37,358 nt of DNA from a virus (Duplodnaviria; Caudoviricetes). Numbering within the stretch: the stretch's first letter is position 1; every line of letters begins with the position of its first letter. The translations under genes and the position numbers were made by a program. Positions 1 through 7,515 of this stretch are shown here, in pieces. The stretch covers positions 1 through 37,358 of the IMG/VR virus record IMGVR_UViG_3300043414_000188. One strand, written 5' to 3'. The notes under the pieces were generated by a model that was given only the letters and a program-made list of their open reading frames with translations, had not been told where the DNA came from and made no database searches.

Positions 1-81
1 GATACGTGCTTGCAGTTCTTCCACCGTGGGGGCTGGTGGCGTGAAGGGGGCCAAAGCCTGGGCCATTGTGGGGTGCATCAT
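1..81 (-). CDS. Small hypothetical protein, truncated at the window edge (MMHPTMAQALAPFTPPAPTVEELQARI...)
   Basis: Translated by hand. ATGA overlap with the stop of the 78-248 gene, open to the window edge. Confidence 0.6.
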   Translation of the reverse strand, partial: MMHPTMAQALAPFTPPAPTVEELQARI

Positions 82-248
82 GCTGTCCACTCCTCGACAT
101 ACTCTAATTCCCAGCTTGCATCTTGTTCGTCTTGATCGAATGTTTCAAGTTTCGCCCATGCCAATAATTCTGCCTGCTCTAAACTATCAGCTTCAACCAG
201 AATATTGACATAGCTGGTGCGTTTTAGTTCGACTTCGTAGGTTTTCAT
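78..248 (-). CDS. Small acidic phage protein (MKTYEVELKRTSYVNILVEADSLEQAE...), DpnD/PcfM-like pattern
   Basis: ORF track 78..263 with the start moved to ATG 248 behind an AAAGGT RBS. The family resemblance is from memory only. Confidence 0.7.
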   Translation of the reverse strand: MKTYEVELKRTSYVNILVEADSLEQAELLAWAKLETFDQDEQDASWELEYVEEWTA

Positions 249-259
249 GATGTTACCTT

Positions 260-400
260 TCAAAAAGTAAGAATATCAAAATAGGCCAAACCCAGCAGCG
301 TGAGGGCGGCAGCGATGGCAAGGACTGCGAGCAGATCCATAGCGGCAGCCCTGCGCTTTTCGAGGGCTTCTTGAGTGGGGGAATAGGTGTAATGATGCAT
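260..400 (-). CDS. 46-aa membrane peptide (MHHYTYSPTQEALEKRRAAAMDLLAVLAIAAALTLLGLAYFDILTF)
   Basis: Translated by hand (below the ORF-track cutoff). Fills the gap between neighbours and has one C-terminal hydrophobic helix. Confidence 0.65.
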   Translation of the reverse strand: MHHYTYSPTQEALEKRRAAAMDLLAVLAIAAALTLLGLAYFDILTF

Positions 401-402
401 GG

Positions 403-672
403 TCAATCCACAATGTAATGATTGCAATCATCCCAGTACAAATCAGACAAGTCGTCAACGAGCCGGACATCATCGACATCCATCAACCATATGGCACTAA
501 CCGTGCATTTATCCCCATTTTTATCTTTACACACAAAACGCGACTTAAATTCAACTTGTCCATCGCGGCGAAGGGTGCCAGTTTGGACTGCATTTGTCGC
601 TTCTGCGGACTCTACCGCATCGAGACCAACTATTTCAATAGCTTGATCACGGCTTAAATTGTTATTAATCAC
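403..672 (-). CDS. Hypothetical acidic protein, about 89 aa
   Basis: ORF 403..771. GTG at 672 follows an AGGAG RBS, and the longer start would run through an intergenic hairpin. Confidence 0.65.
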   Translation of the reverse strand: MINNNLSRDQAIEIVGLDAVESAEATNAVQTGTLRRDGQVEFKSRFVCKDKNGDKCTVSAIWLMDVDDVRLVDDLSDLYWDDCNHYIVD

Positions 673-704
673 TTTAAATTCTCCTGTTTGGTTATGGTCT
701 ACAA

Positions 705-748
705 AATGCAGACCCCTAAACCCACCGCATGGGCTTAGAGAGTGCATT
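705..748 (-). other. Intergenic RNA hairpin (possible processing or stability site)
   Basis: Minus strand AATGCA-CTCT-CTAAGCCCA-TGCGG-TGGGTTTAG-GGGTC-TGCATT. The G-U pairs form only on the minus (coding) strand and there is no U-tail. Confidence 0.55.
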
Positions 749-971
749 AGATGGTGCAACAGCCGCAGCATGGCGCATCCTCACAGCGGCCCCTAGAATT
801 ACGATAAAACGTCTTAGGACCCGATTCACCGTAGAACGTAATTGTGTCGCTGTCCGGCTGCAAACTTGCCCGTTTTGTAGCCGTATCGTATTCGATGACG
901 TCACCTGGGTTTATGCGCGCGCCGGACCGGCTGCAACGGCCGGGGTATTTTGCTTGCATTGTCTTAATCAT
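747..971 (-). CDS. 74-aa Cys-rich protein ending RGRCEDAPCCGCCTI
   Basis: Clean ORF with AAGGGG RBS, N-terminal KYPGRCxxxG and C-terminal CEDAPCCGCC motifs. Confidence 0.8.
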   Translation of the reverse strand: MIKTMQAKYPGRCSRSGARINPGDVIEYDTATKRASLQPDSDTITFYGESGPKTFYRNSRGRCEDAPCCGCCTI

Positions 972-981
972 AATTTTCCCC

Positions 982-1668
982 TTAAATTGATTTAATGCTA
1001 ATGACTTTCATCATTTTGCGCCCATGCGCTGGATAACAGATCAATTCAATTGATTTATCCCAGCATGCACGACAACCCGAACATTTACCCTCATGCTCAT
1101 ATGCACGGCATAATGAGACGCCATCAATTTGCTGAAAAGTATCGGCAGCCGGTCCAATGGTCGAGCCATGCAAGCCGGGTATAAATGAACCATCGATGCT
1201 ATCGGCAGAAAATTGAACCGATACATTTGGCAGGGCCCTCATTTGATCAAATACCATTCTAAATTTAGGGAATTTATGCATTCTAGTGGGGAGCCAATGT
1301 TTCACCCATGGCGTACGTTGCATTACTTCAAGTACTTTTTCAGCCAGAGCCAATGAATATAAATCGCCCGAATCAAGCCACCGGAAATATTCGTCACGCT
1401 GTAATTCTTGCACCATGTTATCGGTCCAGTCAATGCGGGTCCAGTCTAATTTATTGTGTTCACGTGGTGCCTTGACATTTGCAAATACGTAATTGCCAGT
1501 TGTTGCATAGCAGCCCTTGCAAGCGTCAACTAGTACACCAGGACTCTCAATAGAGCCGGGACACGTGTCCAAAGCCTGCAAGGACCAGCTGCGAATCCCA
1601 TCAAGCTTACTGGTAATGCTGATACGGGGCCATGCTACATTGATGGCTTTAGTGATTGAATTCTCCAT
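982..1668 (-). CDS. GP88-family protein (radical-SAM-like, Cys/Fe-S motifs)
   Basis: Motifs TCPG...CKGCYA, FRWLDSGD, HWLPTR and C-terminal C-x7-C-x2-C-x2-CW. ATG 1668 follows an AAGGA RBS. Confidence 0.8.
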   Translation of the reverse strand: MENSITKAINVAWPRISITSKLDGIRSWSLQALDTCPGSIESPGVLVDACKGCYATTGNYVFANVKAPREHNKLDWTRIDWTDNMVQELQRDEYFRWLDSGDLYSLALAEKVLEVMQRTPWVKHWLPTRMHKFPKFRMVFDQMRALPNVSVQFSADSIDGSFIPGLHGSTIGPAADTFQQIDGVSLCRAYEHEGKCSGCRACWDKSIELICYPAHGRKMMKVISIKSI

Positions 1669-1688
1669 GTTTTTCCTTGGGTTATCGG

Positions 1689-1737
1689 GACAATTCCCGC
1701 CACTGCACACTGTCACTGTGCAGGGACTGGTGTTGTC
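1689..1737 (-). other. Long imperfect intergenic hairpin
   Basis: GACAA...CTGCACA-(7 nt)-TGTGCAG...TTGTC inverted repeat between two leftward genes. Confidence 0.55.
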
Positions 1738-1881
1738 TTAGGCTTGTTCGGGGTGACTTTCAAGCCAAGAGTCGATAAATTCTTGCTGCCACTCCAAATT
1801 GGGATACGCCCAATATGCCTTTGCTGCGGCATCCATAGCCTTATAGAGTTCGGGGTGGGTTGTAGAGTTGACTTGTGTCAT
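1738..1881 (-). CDS. 47-aa hypothetical protein (MTQVNSTTHPELYKAM...)
   Basis: ORF 1738..1923 with the start moved to ATG 1881 behind an AAAGGA RBS. Confidence 0.65.
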   Translation of the reverse strand: MTQVNSTTHPELYKAMDAAAKAYWAYPNLEWQQEFIDSWLESHPEQA

Positions 1882-1900
1882 GGTATTTCCTTTGGGTTTA

Positions 1901-1960
1901 GGTGCCGCACTATGCTGCACCATGTTGAGTAGTGTAACGGATTTTGAGACACGCTACATG
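1901..1960 (-). promoter_or_regulatory. Putative leftward promoter (-10 TACACT at 1936-1931) with 5' leader hairpin at 1901-1921
   Basis: -10-like hexamer just upstream of a GGTGC...GCACC stem and the first leftward gene. The -35 match is poor. Confidence 0.4.
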
Positions 1961-1978
1961 TTTTATTGCACTATTTTC

Positions 1979-2156
1979 TAGGTGTTTACCCTATGTTTTG
2001 GGTTGAATTAGTTTGAATCGTTTGCATCAATGCGTATCAATGCATCGATGCAAAAATGGGCAAAAGCGTCGTTTCTTGCATCATTTGCATCACACCCTTT
2101 AGGGTGATGCATCGATGCAAACGATGCAGACACTAAAAGCAAGGGTTTACCCTATG
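1979..2156. repeat. Array of about 9 TGCATC/GATGCA hexamers around a CACCCT-TT-AGGGTG dyad, flanked by the direct repeat GTTTACCCTATG
   Basis: Hexamers start at 2023, 2041, 2047, 2077, 2086, 2106, 2108, 2114 and 2123. The 12-mer is at 1984-1995 and 2145-2156. Confidence 0.85.
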
Positions 2157-2212
2157 GTTTGAAGATGGCTGGGGATTGTGAGAGAATTTATGGCAACTTG
2201 GAGAAAAAGCAA

Positions 2213-2701
2213 ATGGCTTATGTTATGGATGATCGGGAAACACTTGCACAAGCAGTGGTTGATAGCATGGTTTCAAATGGCTTGAGCTTGCGAAAATGTT
2301 GCATTCAAGTAGGAATAGACCCAGCAAGGTTTCTGAGGGCTGTAGATGCCTCGCCTGAGCTTGCGAAACAATACGCTCGCGCAAGGCAAGCGTTGCTCGA
2401 TAAAATGGCTGATGAAATCTTAGAGCTTGCTGATGCTCCGGTTCCAGTGCTGGACAATGGCGCGACAGACAATGCTCTGGTACGTCAGCGTCAATTGCAG
2501 GTAGACACTAGAAAATGGTTCCTGTCCAAGCTCGCCCCAAAGGTCTACGGTGACCGGCTCGACGTCAGCGTGTCTGACTCACGAATCTCAATCACGGGCG
2601 CATTGCAGGCCGCCCAGTCACGCCTGGTCGATATCGTTGATGTGCCTTGCATCACGCATGTCGATTCAAGCGATGCAGGGGGGGGTAGGGCCGAGGGCTG
2701 A
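2213..2701 (+). CDS. terS: Terminase small subunit (Sf6-like)
   Basis: N-terminal HTH (GLSLRKCC), QYARAR...ADEILELAD and LQVDTRKWFLSKLAPKVYGD motifs. Lies upstream of terL, with a GGAG RBS before ATG 2213. Confidence 0.88.
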   Translation: MAYVMDDRETLAQAVVDSMVSNGLSLRKCCIQVGIDPARFLRAVDASPELAKQYARARQALLDKMADEILELADAPVPVLDNGATDNALVRQRQLQVDTRKWFLSKLAPKVYGDRLDVSVSDSRISITGALQAAQSRLVDIVDVPCITHVDSSDAGGGRAEG

Positions 2702-2787
2702 TGGGCCACGGTGACGGATACCCCGCAAACATTTTTTAATTTTTTCTAATTTTTTTAAAATAAACAAATGCCTTCGGCATTATTAAT

Positions 2788-4362
2788 ATGCAAACCACAA
2801 TCTACAAACCCGAAGATGAGCAAGAATTAATGGCAAGGCTTTGGAGTCCTACGTTAAAGGATAATCCACTGGCGTTTGTGAGGTATGTATTTCCGTGGGG
2901 AGTTAAGGGAACGCCGTTGGAGCATTTCTCTGGTCCAAGAAAATGGCAAAGAGAGATACTGCAAGATATTACTGACCATATTAAAACCAACAATGAATTG
3001 GCTAATAATAAATCTAACCAAGTTTCTAACCCAACCTCTAACCAAGATATTATGTACAAGGTATTGCAAGAAGCAATATCTAGTGGTCGTGGTATTGGTA
3101 AGTCGGCATTAGTTTCATGGTTAACTATATGGATGTTAACTACACGGATTGGCTCGACTACTATTATTTCGGCTAACTCGGAGAATCAATTGAGGTCAAT
3201 TACTTGGGCTGAGATAACCAAGTGGTTGGCTATGTCACTTAATTCGCATTGGTTTGAGGTGAGCGCAACGCGCTTGGCACCTGCAAAGTGGTTGACTGAA
3301 TTGGTGGAGGGGGATTTGAAGAAGGGGACGAGGTATTGGGGTGTGGAGGGTCGGTTGTGGAGTGAGGAGAATCCGGATGCTTATGCGGGGGTGCACAACT
3401 ATGATGGTGTGTTGGTGATCTTTGATGAGGCGTCCGGTATTGCGGACCCGATTTGGTCTGTTACTGGTGGATTTTTTACGGAGAACACGCCCAATAGGTT
3501 TTGGTTGGCGTTCTCAAATCCACGGCGCAATACGGGGTATTTTTACGAGTGTTTTAACAGTAAGAGGGATTTTTGGGCGACTAGGGTGGTGGATGCTAGG
3601 ACGGTGGAGGGGACGGACAAGGCGGTGTATGAGAGGATTATTCAGGAGTATGGGCCGGAGTCTAGCCAAGCGCATGTGGAGGTGTATGGGATGTTTCCGT
3701 CAGAGGGGGATGATCAGTTTATACCTGCGGACATTGTGGATGAGGCGATGGCAAGGGAGAAGTACAAGGATGAGACTGCGCCGATTATTATTGGTGTGGA
3801 CCCTGCGCGGTTTGGTGCGGACGCTACGGTGATTGCAATCCGCCAAGGCAGGGACATTGTGAAGATCATGCGGCATCGGGGGGATGACACGATGACGGTG
3901 GTGGGGCATATTATTGAGGCGATTGAGGAGTGGAAGCCTGCGCTGGTGGTGATTGATGAGGGGGGTTTGGGTGCGGGGATTGTGGACAGACTGAAGGAGC
4001 AGCGGTACAAGATTAAGGGTGTGAACTTTGGGAACAAGTCGGCTAACCCTATTATGTATGGCAACAAGAGGGCTGAGATGTGGGGGAAAATGAAGGATTG
4101 GCTGCGTACAGCAGCAATTCCCAAGGACAGGTTCTTGAAGACGGATTTGATTTCGCCTATGATCAAGCCTGATTCCAAGGGGACTATATTTTTGGAGTCC
4201 AAGAAAGACATGAAGCAGCGGGGGTTGGCAAGTCCTGATGCTGCGGATGCGATATGTGTGACGTTTGCATTTTCTGTGGCGCACAGGGAGTACAGTGAGA
4301 AAACTCGTACACTACGGACATACGACCGTGGTTCCGTAACAACCAGTTGGATGGGAAGTTAA
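2788..4362 (+). CDS. terL: Terminase large subunit
   Basis: Walker A SGRGIGKS, Walker B VIFDEAS, FSNP coupling motif, nuclease motifs GVDPARFG and SPDAADA. Confidence 0.96.
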   Translation: MQTTIYKPEDEQELMARLWSPTLKDNPLAFVRYVFPWGVKGTPLEHFSGPRKWQREILQDITDHIKTNNELANNKSNQVSNPTSNQDIMYKVLQEAISSGRGIGKSALVSWLTIWMLTTRIGSTTIISANSENQLRSITWAEITKWLAMSLNSHWFEVSATRLAPAKWLTELVEGDLKKGTRYWGVEGRLWSEENPDAYAGVHNYDGVLVIFDEASGIADPIWSVTGGFFTENTPNRFWLAFSNPRRNTGYFYECFNSKRDFWATRVVDARTVEGTDKAVYERIIQEYGPESSQAHVEVYGMFPSEGDDQFIPADIVDEAMAREKYKDETAPIIIGVDPARFGADATVIAIRQGRDIVKIMRHRGDDTMTVVGHIIEAIEEWKPALVVIDEGGLGAGIVDRLKEQRYKIKGVNFGNKSANPIMYGNKRAEMWGKMKDWLRTAAIPKDRFLKTDLISPMIKPDSKGTIFLESKKDMKQRGLASPDAADAICVTFAFSVAHREYSEKTRTLRTYDRGSVTTSWMGS

Positions 4363-4363
4363 C

Positions 4364-4624
4364 ATGGCAACTAAGAAATCAGTCTCCTTATCAGTCGGGC
4401 GCGGTGAGAAGTTGCCTGTGTCTAAGGGCGCGGGTTTGACGGCCAAGGGGCGCGAGAAGTACAATGCGGCCACGGGGTCAAATTTGAAAGCGCCAGCGCC
4501 TAATCCTAAGACCAAGGCAGATCAGGGGCGCAAGGATTCATTTTGTGCAAGAATGGCACCTATCGCAGAAAAGTCTGAAAAAGGTAGCCGTGCAAAAGCA
4601 GCAATGCAACGATGGAAGTGCTAA
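4364..4624 (+). CDS. Small basic phage protein (DUF6321-like; GLTAKGREKYN...RKDSFCARM)
   Basis: ORF immediately after terL, Lys/Arg-rich, motif recognised from head modules of environmental phages. Confidence 0.75.
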   Translation: MATKKSVSLSVGRGEKLPVSKGAGLTAKGREKYNAATGSNLKAPAPNPKTKADQGRKDSFCARMAPIAEKSEKGSRAKAAMQRWKC

Positions 4625-4627
4625 ATC

Positions 4628-4783
4628 ATGAAATCTACTAAACCTGGGCTTTACGCCGCAATTCATGCCAAGCAAGAGCGCATTAAAGCTGGTTCTGGCG
4701 AGAAGATGAACAAGGTGGGCAGTAAGGCAGCGCCTACGGCCAAAGACTTTAAAGATTCGGCTAAGACGGCTAAGAAGAAATAA
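4628..4783 (+). CDS. 51-aa Lys-rich protein (MKSTKPGLYAAIHAKQERIKAGSGEKM...)
   Basis: Translated by hand. Its TAA overlaps the portal ATG (TAATG). Confidence 0.75.
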   Translation: MKSTKPGLYAAIHAKQERIKAGSGEKMNKVGSKAAPTAKDFKDSAKTAKKK

Positions 4784-7002
4784 TGGCTGATCCAACCGGA
4801 ATGGTCGCTGCGGCTAATGTAGCTGCTGGCGGCAAACCACTAAAGTCTGACTCAGACATTCTGACCACGGCTCGTAGCCGTTTGGACATGGCGGTGTCGG
4901 CATTGGCTGAGTCGCGTGAGGATGAGATAGACGACCTGCGCTTTTATGCTGGCTCGCCGGACAATCACTGGCAGTGGCCTGCTGATGTTTTGGCGACTCG
5001 CGGTGCGGTGCAGGGGCAGACTATTAATGCAAGGCCAACGCTGACCATCAACAAGTTGCCGCAGCATGTGCGCCAAGTGACAAACGACATGCGGCAAAAC
5101 CGGCCAGGGGCCAAGGTCATCCCTGTGGACGATCAGGCTGATGTGCAGGTGGCTGAGATTTTTAACGGCATGATTCGGCACATTGAGTACATCTCTGATG
5201 CGGATGTGGCGTATGACACGGCTTGCGAGAATCAGGTGTCTTATGGTGAGGGGTACATCACCCTGATGACCGAGTATTGCGATGACAATACATTCGATCA
5301 GGACATCAAGATTGGCCGTGTGCGTAATTCATTCAGCGTCTACATGGACCCGTTGATTCAAGACCCTACGGGTGCGGATGCAACGTATTGCTTTATCACC
5401 GAAGACCTGACCAAAGCGGAATATGAGCGCCAGTATCCTGATGCTGCGCCTATTTCGACTTTGCAGTCGCTTGGCGTGGGCGATCAGTCGATCAGCAATT
5501 GGTTGAATGAGGATACAGTGCGTATTGCGGGGTATTACTACATTGAATATGACACAACTACGTTGAATTTGTACCCTGGCAACGCTACGGCGTTTGCAAA
5601 CACGCCTGAAGACAAGCAACTTCGTGCTATGTACGGCAAACCAAAACGCAGCCGTGAGTCTGAGCGCCCTCGGGTCAAGTACTGCAAGATCAACGGCTAC
5701 GAAATCCTTGAAGAAAAAGAGTGGGCAGGCAAATGGATACCTGTTATCCGTGTTGTCGGCAATGAATTTGAGGTGGATGGCCGTTTGTATGTGTCTGGTT
5801 TGGTCAGAAACGCCAAAGATGCACAACGGATGTACAACTATTGGGTAAGCCAAGAGGCCGAGATGCTGGCATTGGCTCCAAAAGCCCCATTTATTGGTTA
5901 TGGTGGCCAGTTTGAGGGTTATGAAGACAAGTGGAAGACGGCAAACACCAACAATTGGCCGTATTTGGAAGTAAATCCTGATGTAACTGACGGCCAAGGG
6001 GCTGTTTTGCCATTGCCCCAAAGGGCGCAGCCGCCAATGGCGTCTAACGGCTTGTTGCAGGCCAAAGCAGGTGCATCGGAAGACATCAAGTCCACCACTG
6101 GACAATACAACGCAAGTTTGGGGATGACATCCAATGAGCGTTCGGGCAAAGCTATCTTAGCGCGTCAGCGAGAGGGCGATGTGGGCACTTACCACTACGG
6201 TGACAACCTCACCCGCGCCGTGCGCCACGTGGCCCGTCAGTTGGTGGACTTGATTCCCAAGATTTACGACACACAGCGCATTGCTCGCATTATTGGTGAG
6301 GACGGCGAGACTAAGATGGTCAAGATTAACCCTGACCAGCCCGAACCGGTCAACAAGATTGTGGACCAAAACGGGGTTGTGATTGAGAAAATCTACAACC
6401 CAGGCGTGGGCAAGTACGATGTTGTGGCGACCACCGGCCCTGGCTACGCGACCAAACGCCAAGAGGCGCTTGAAGCAATGGCACAACTGCTCCAAGGTAA
6501 CCCCCAACTGTGGCAAGTGGCAGGTGACTTGTTTGTGAAGAACATGGACTGGCCGGGTGCCCAAGAGATGTCCAAACGCTTTGCCAAGACCATTGATCCC
6601 AAGTTTTTGTCGGATGCCGATGAGAATCCAGCATTGCAGGCAGCGCAGCAGCAGATGGAAGCTATGGGCGCTGAGATGGAGCAAATGCACACGATGATTC
6701 AGAATGTGGGCAAGTCCATTGAGATGCAAGACATGAAGCGCAAGGACTACGAAGCCGAAATCAAGGCGTATAGTGCGGAAACGCAAAGGATTAGCGCAGT
6801 GCAGGCTGGCATGAGTGAGCAGCAGATTCAAGACATTGCAATGGGTGTGGTTGCGGCGGCTATGGAGTCGCAAAGCATGATGAACCAGATGCCTGAGATG
6901 CGTGAGGAATCTATGCCAATGGAGATGATGCCGCCATCACAAGGAATGCCACCTGAACAACAGATGATGCCACCTGAACAACCTATGGGAATGCCGCAAT
7001 GA
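4783..7002 (+). CDS. Portal protein, P22 gp1-like
   Basis: 739 aa after terL, with RPTLTINKL, GLVRNAKDAQRMYNY, SGKAILARQ and YDVVATTGPGYATKRQEA motifs and a coiled-coil C-terminal barrel. Confidence 0.93.
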   Translation: MADPTGMVAAANVAAGGKPLKSDSDILTTARSRLDMAVSALAESREDEIDDLRFYAGSPDNHWQWPADVLATRGAVQGQTINARPTLTINKLPQHVRQVTNDMRQNRPGAKVIPVDDQADVQVAEIFNGMIRHIEYISDADVAYDTACENQVSYGEGYITLMTEYCDDNTFDQDIKIGRVRNSFSVYMDPLIQDPTGADATYCFITEDLTKAEYERQYPDAAPISTLQSLGVGDQSISNWLNEDTVRIAGYYYIEYDTTTLNLYPGNATAFANTPEDKQLRAMYGKPKRSRESERPRVKYCKINGYEILEEKEWAGKWIPVIRVVGNEFEVDGRLYVSGLVRNAKDAQRMYNYWVSQEAEMLALAPKAPFIGYGGQFEGYEDKWKTANTNNWPYLEVNPDVTDGQGAVLPLPQRAQPPMASNGLLQAKAGASEDIKSTTGQYNASLGMTSNERSGKAILARQREGDVGTYHYGDNLTRAVRHVARQLVDLIPKIYDTQRIARIIGEDGETKMVKINPDQPEPVNKIVDQNGVVIEKIYNPGVGKYDVVATTGPGYATKRQEALEAMAQLLQGNPQLWQVAGDLFVKNMDWPGAQEMSKRFAKTIDPKFLSDADENPALQAAQQQMEAMGAEMEQMHTMIQNVGKSIEMQDMKRKDYEAEIKAYSAETQRISAVQAGMSEQQIQDIAMGVVAAAMESQSMMNQMPEMREESMPMEMMPPSQGMPPEQQMMPPEQPMGMPQ

Positions 7003-7361
7003 AAGCAAATGAATTTTTAGGTTTGCTGTTCTTGGCGCGAGATGTAGCACATTCGGTGCATTTAAATACTCGCAGCTACAGCAAGCATGTAGCGCTCAAT
7101 ATTTTCTATGAACGCATTGTTGGTGCGGCTGATGACTTTGCCGAAGCCTACCAAGGCAGGTACGGACTGATTGGCCCAATTACTTTGAACTCGGCCAAAA
7201 AAACAAGCAACATCATTGAGTTTTTGCAAGACTCACTTAAGGAAATTGAAGCGGCTCGATACGATATATGTGATAAATCTGACTCATCGCTTCAGCAATT
7301 GATAGATAATATCGTTGAAATATACCTAAGAACCCTGTACAAATTGCGATTTTTAGCATGA
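6999..7361 (+). CDS. Ferritin/Dps-like four-helix protein (DUF5856-like)
   Basis: HSVHLNT, H.AL..FYE, DDFAEAYQG and YKLRFL patterns. ATGA overlap with the portal. Confidence 0.75.
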   Translation: MKANEFLGLLFLARDVAHSVHLNTRSYSKHVALNIFYERIVGAADDFAEAYQGRYGLIGPITLNSAKKTSNIIEFLQDSLKEIEAARYDICDKSDSSLQQLIDNIVEIYLRTLYKLRFLA

Positions 7362-7513
7362 TTCAAATTGACTTCACCATTGAAGGTTTTTCTGATGCAT
7401 TGTGGTTGGCTGACGACCACGGCTTAACTAGCGCCGAAATTGAGGCAATGAAAAAGGCCAGATACGACAAGTGGCGCGACTTTATTGACAACCCACCTCC
7501 GGTTGAGGAATAA
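7358..7513 (+). CDS. 51-aa hypothetical protein (MIQIDFTIEGFSDALWLADDHGLTSAEIEAMKKARYDKW...)
   Basis: Translated by hand. ATGA overlap upstream and a 2-nt gap to the next gene. Confidence 0.7.
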   Translation: MIQIDFTIEGFSDALWLADDHGLTSAEIEAMKKARYDKWRDFIDNPPPVEE

Positions 7514-7515
7514 AC

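Noticed and set aside
2017-2128. TGCATC repeats as a mini CRISPR array
   Set aside because: The repeats are only 6-12 nt, irregularly spaced and in both orientations, with no repeat-spacer periodicity.
3422-6873. Long alternative-frame and antisense ORFs over terL and portal (3422-3832, 3700-4284, 5329-6105, 6157-6873)
   Set aside because: They are shadow ORFs of well-supported genes, with no RBS or recognisable motifs, and are explained by codon bias.
6913-7002. Met/Pro/Gln repeats at the portal C-terminus (ATGCCACCTGAACAA twice)
   Set aside because: A low-complexity disordered tail is ordinary for this portal type.
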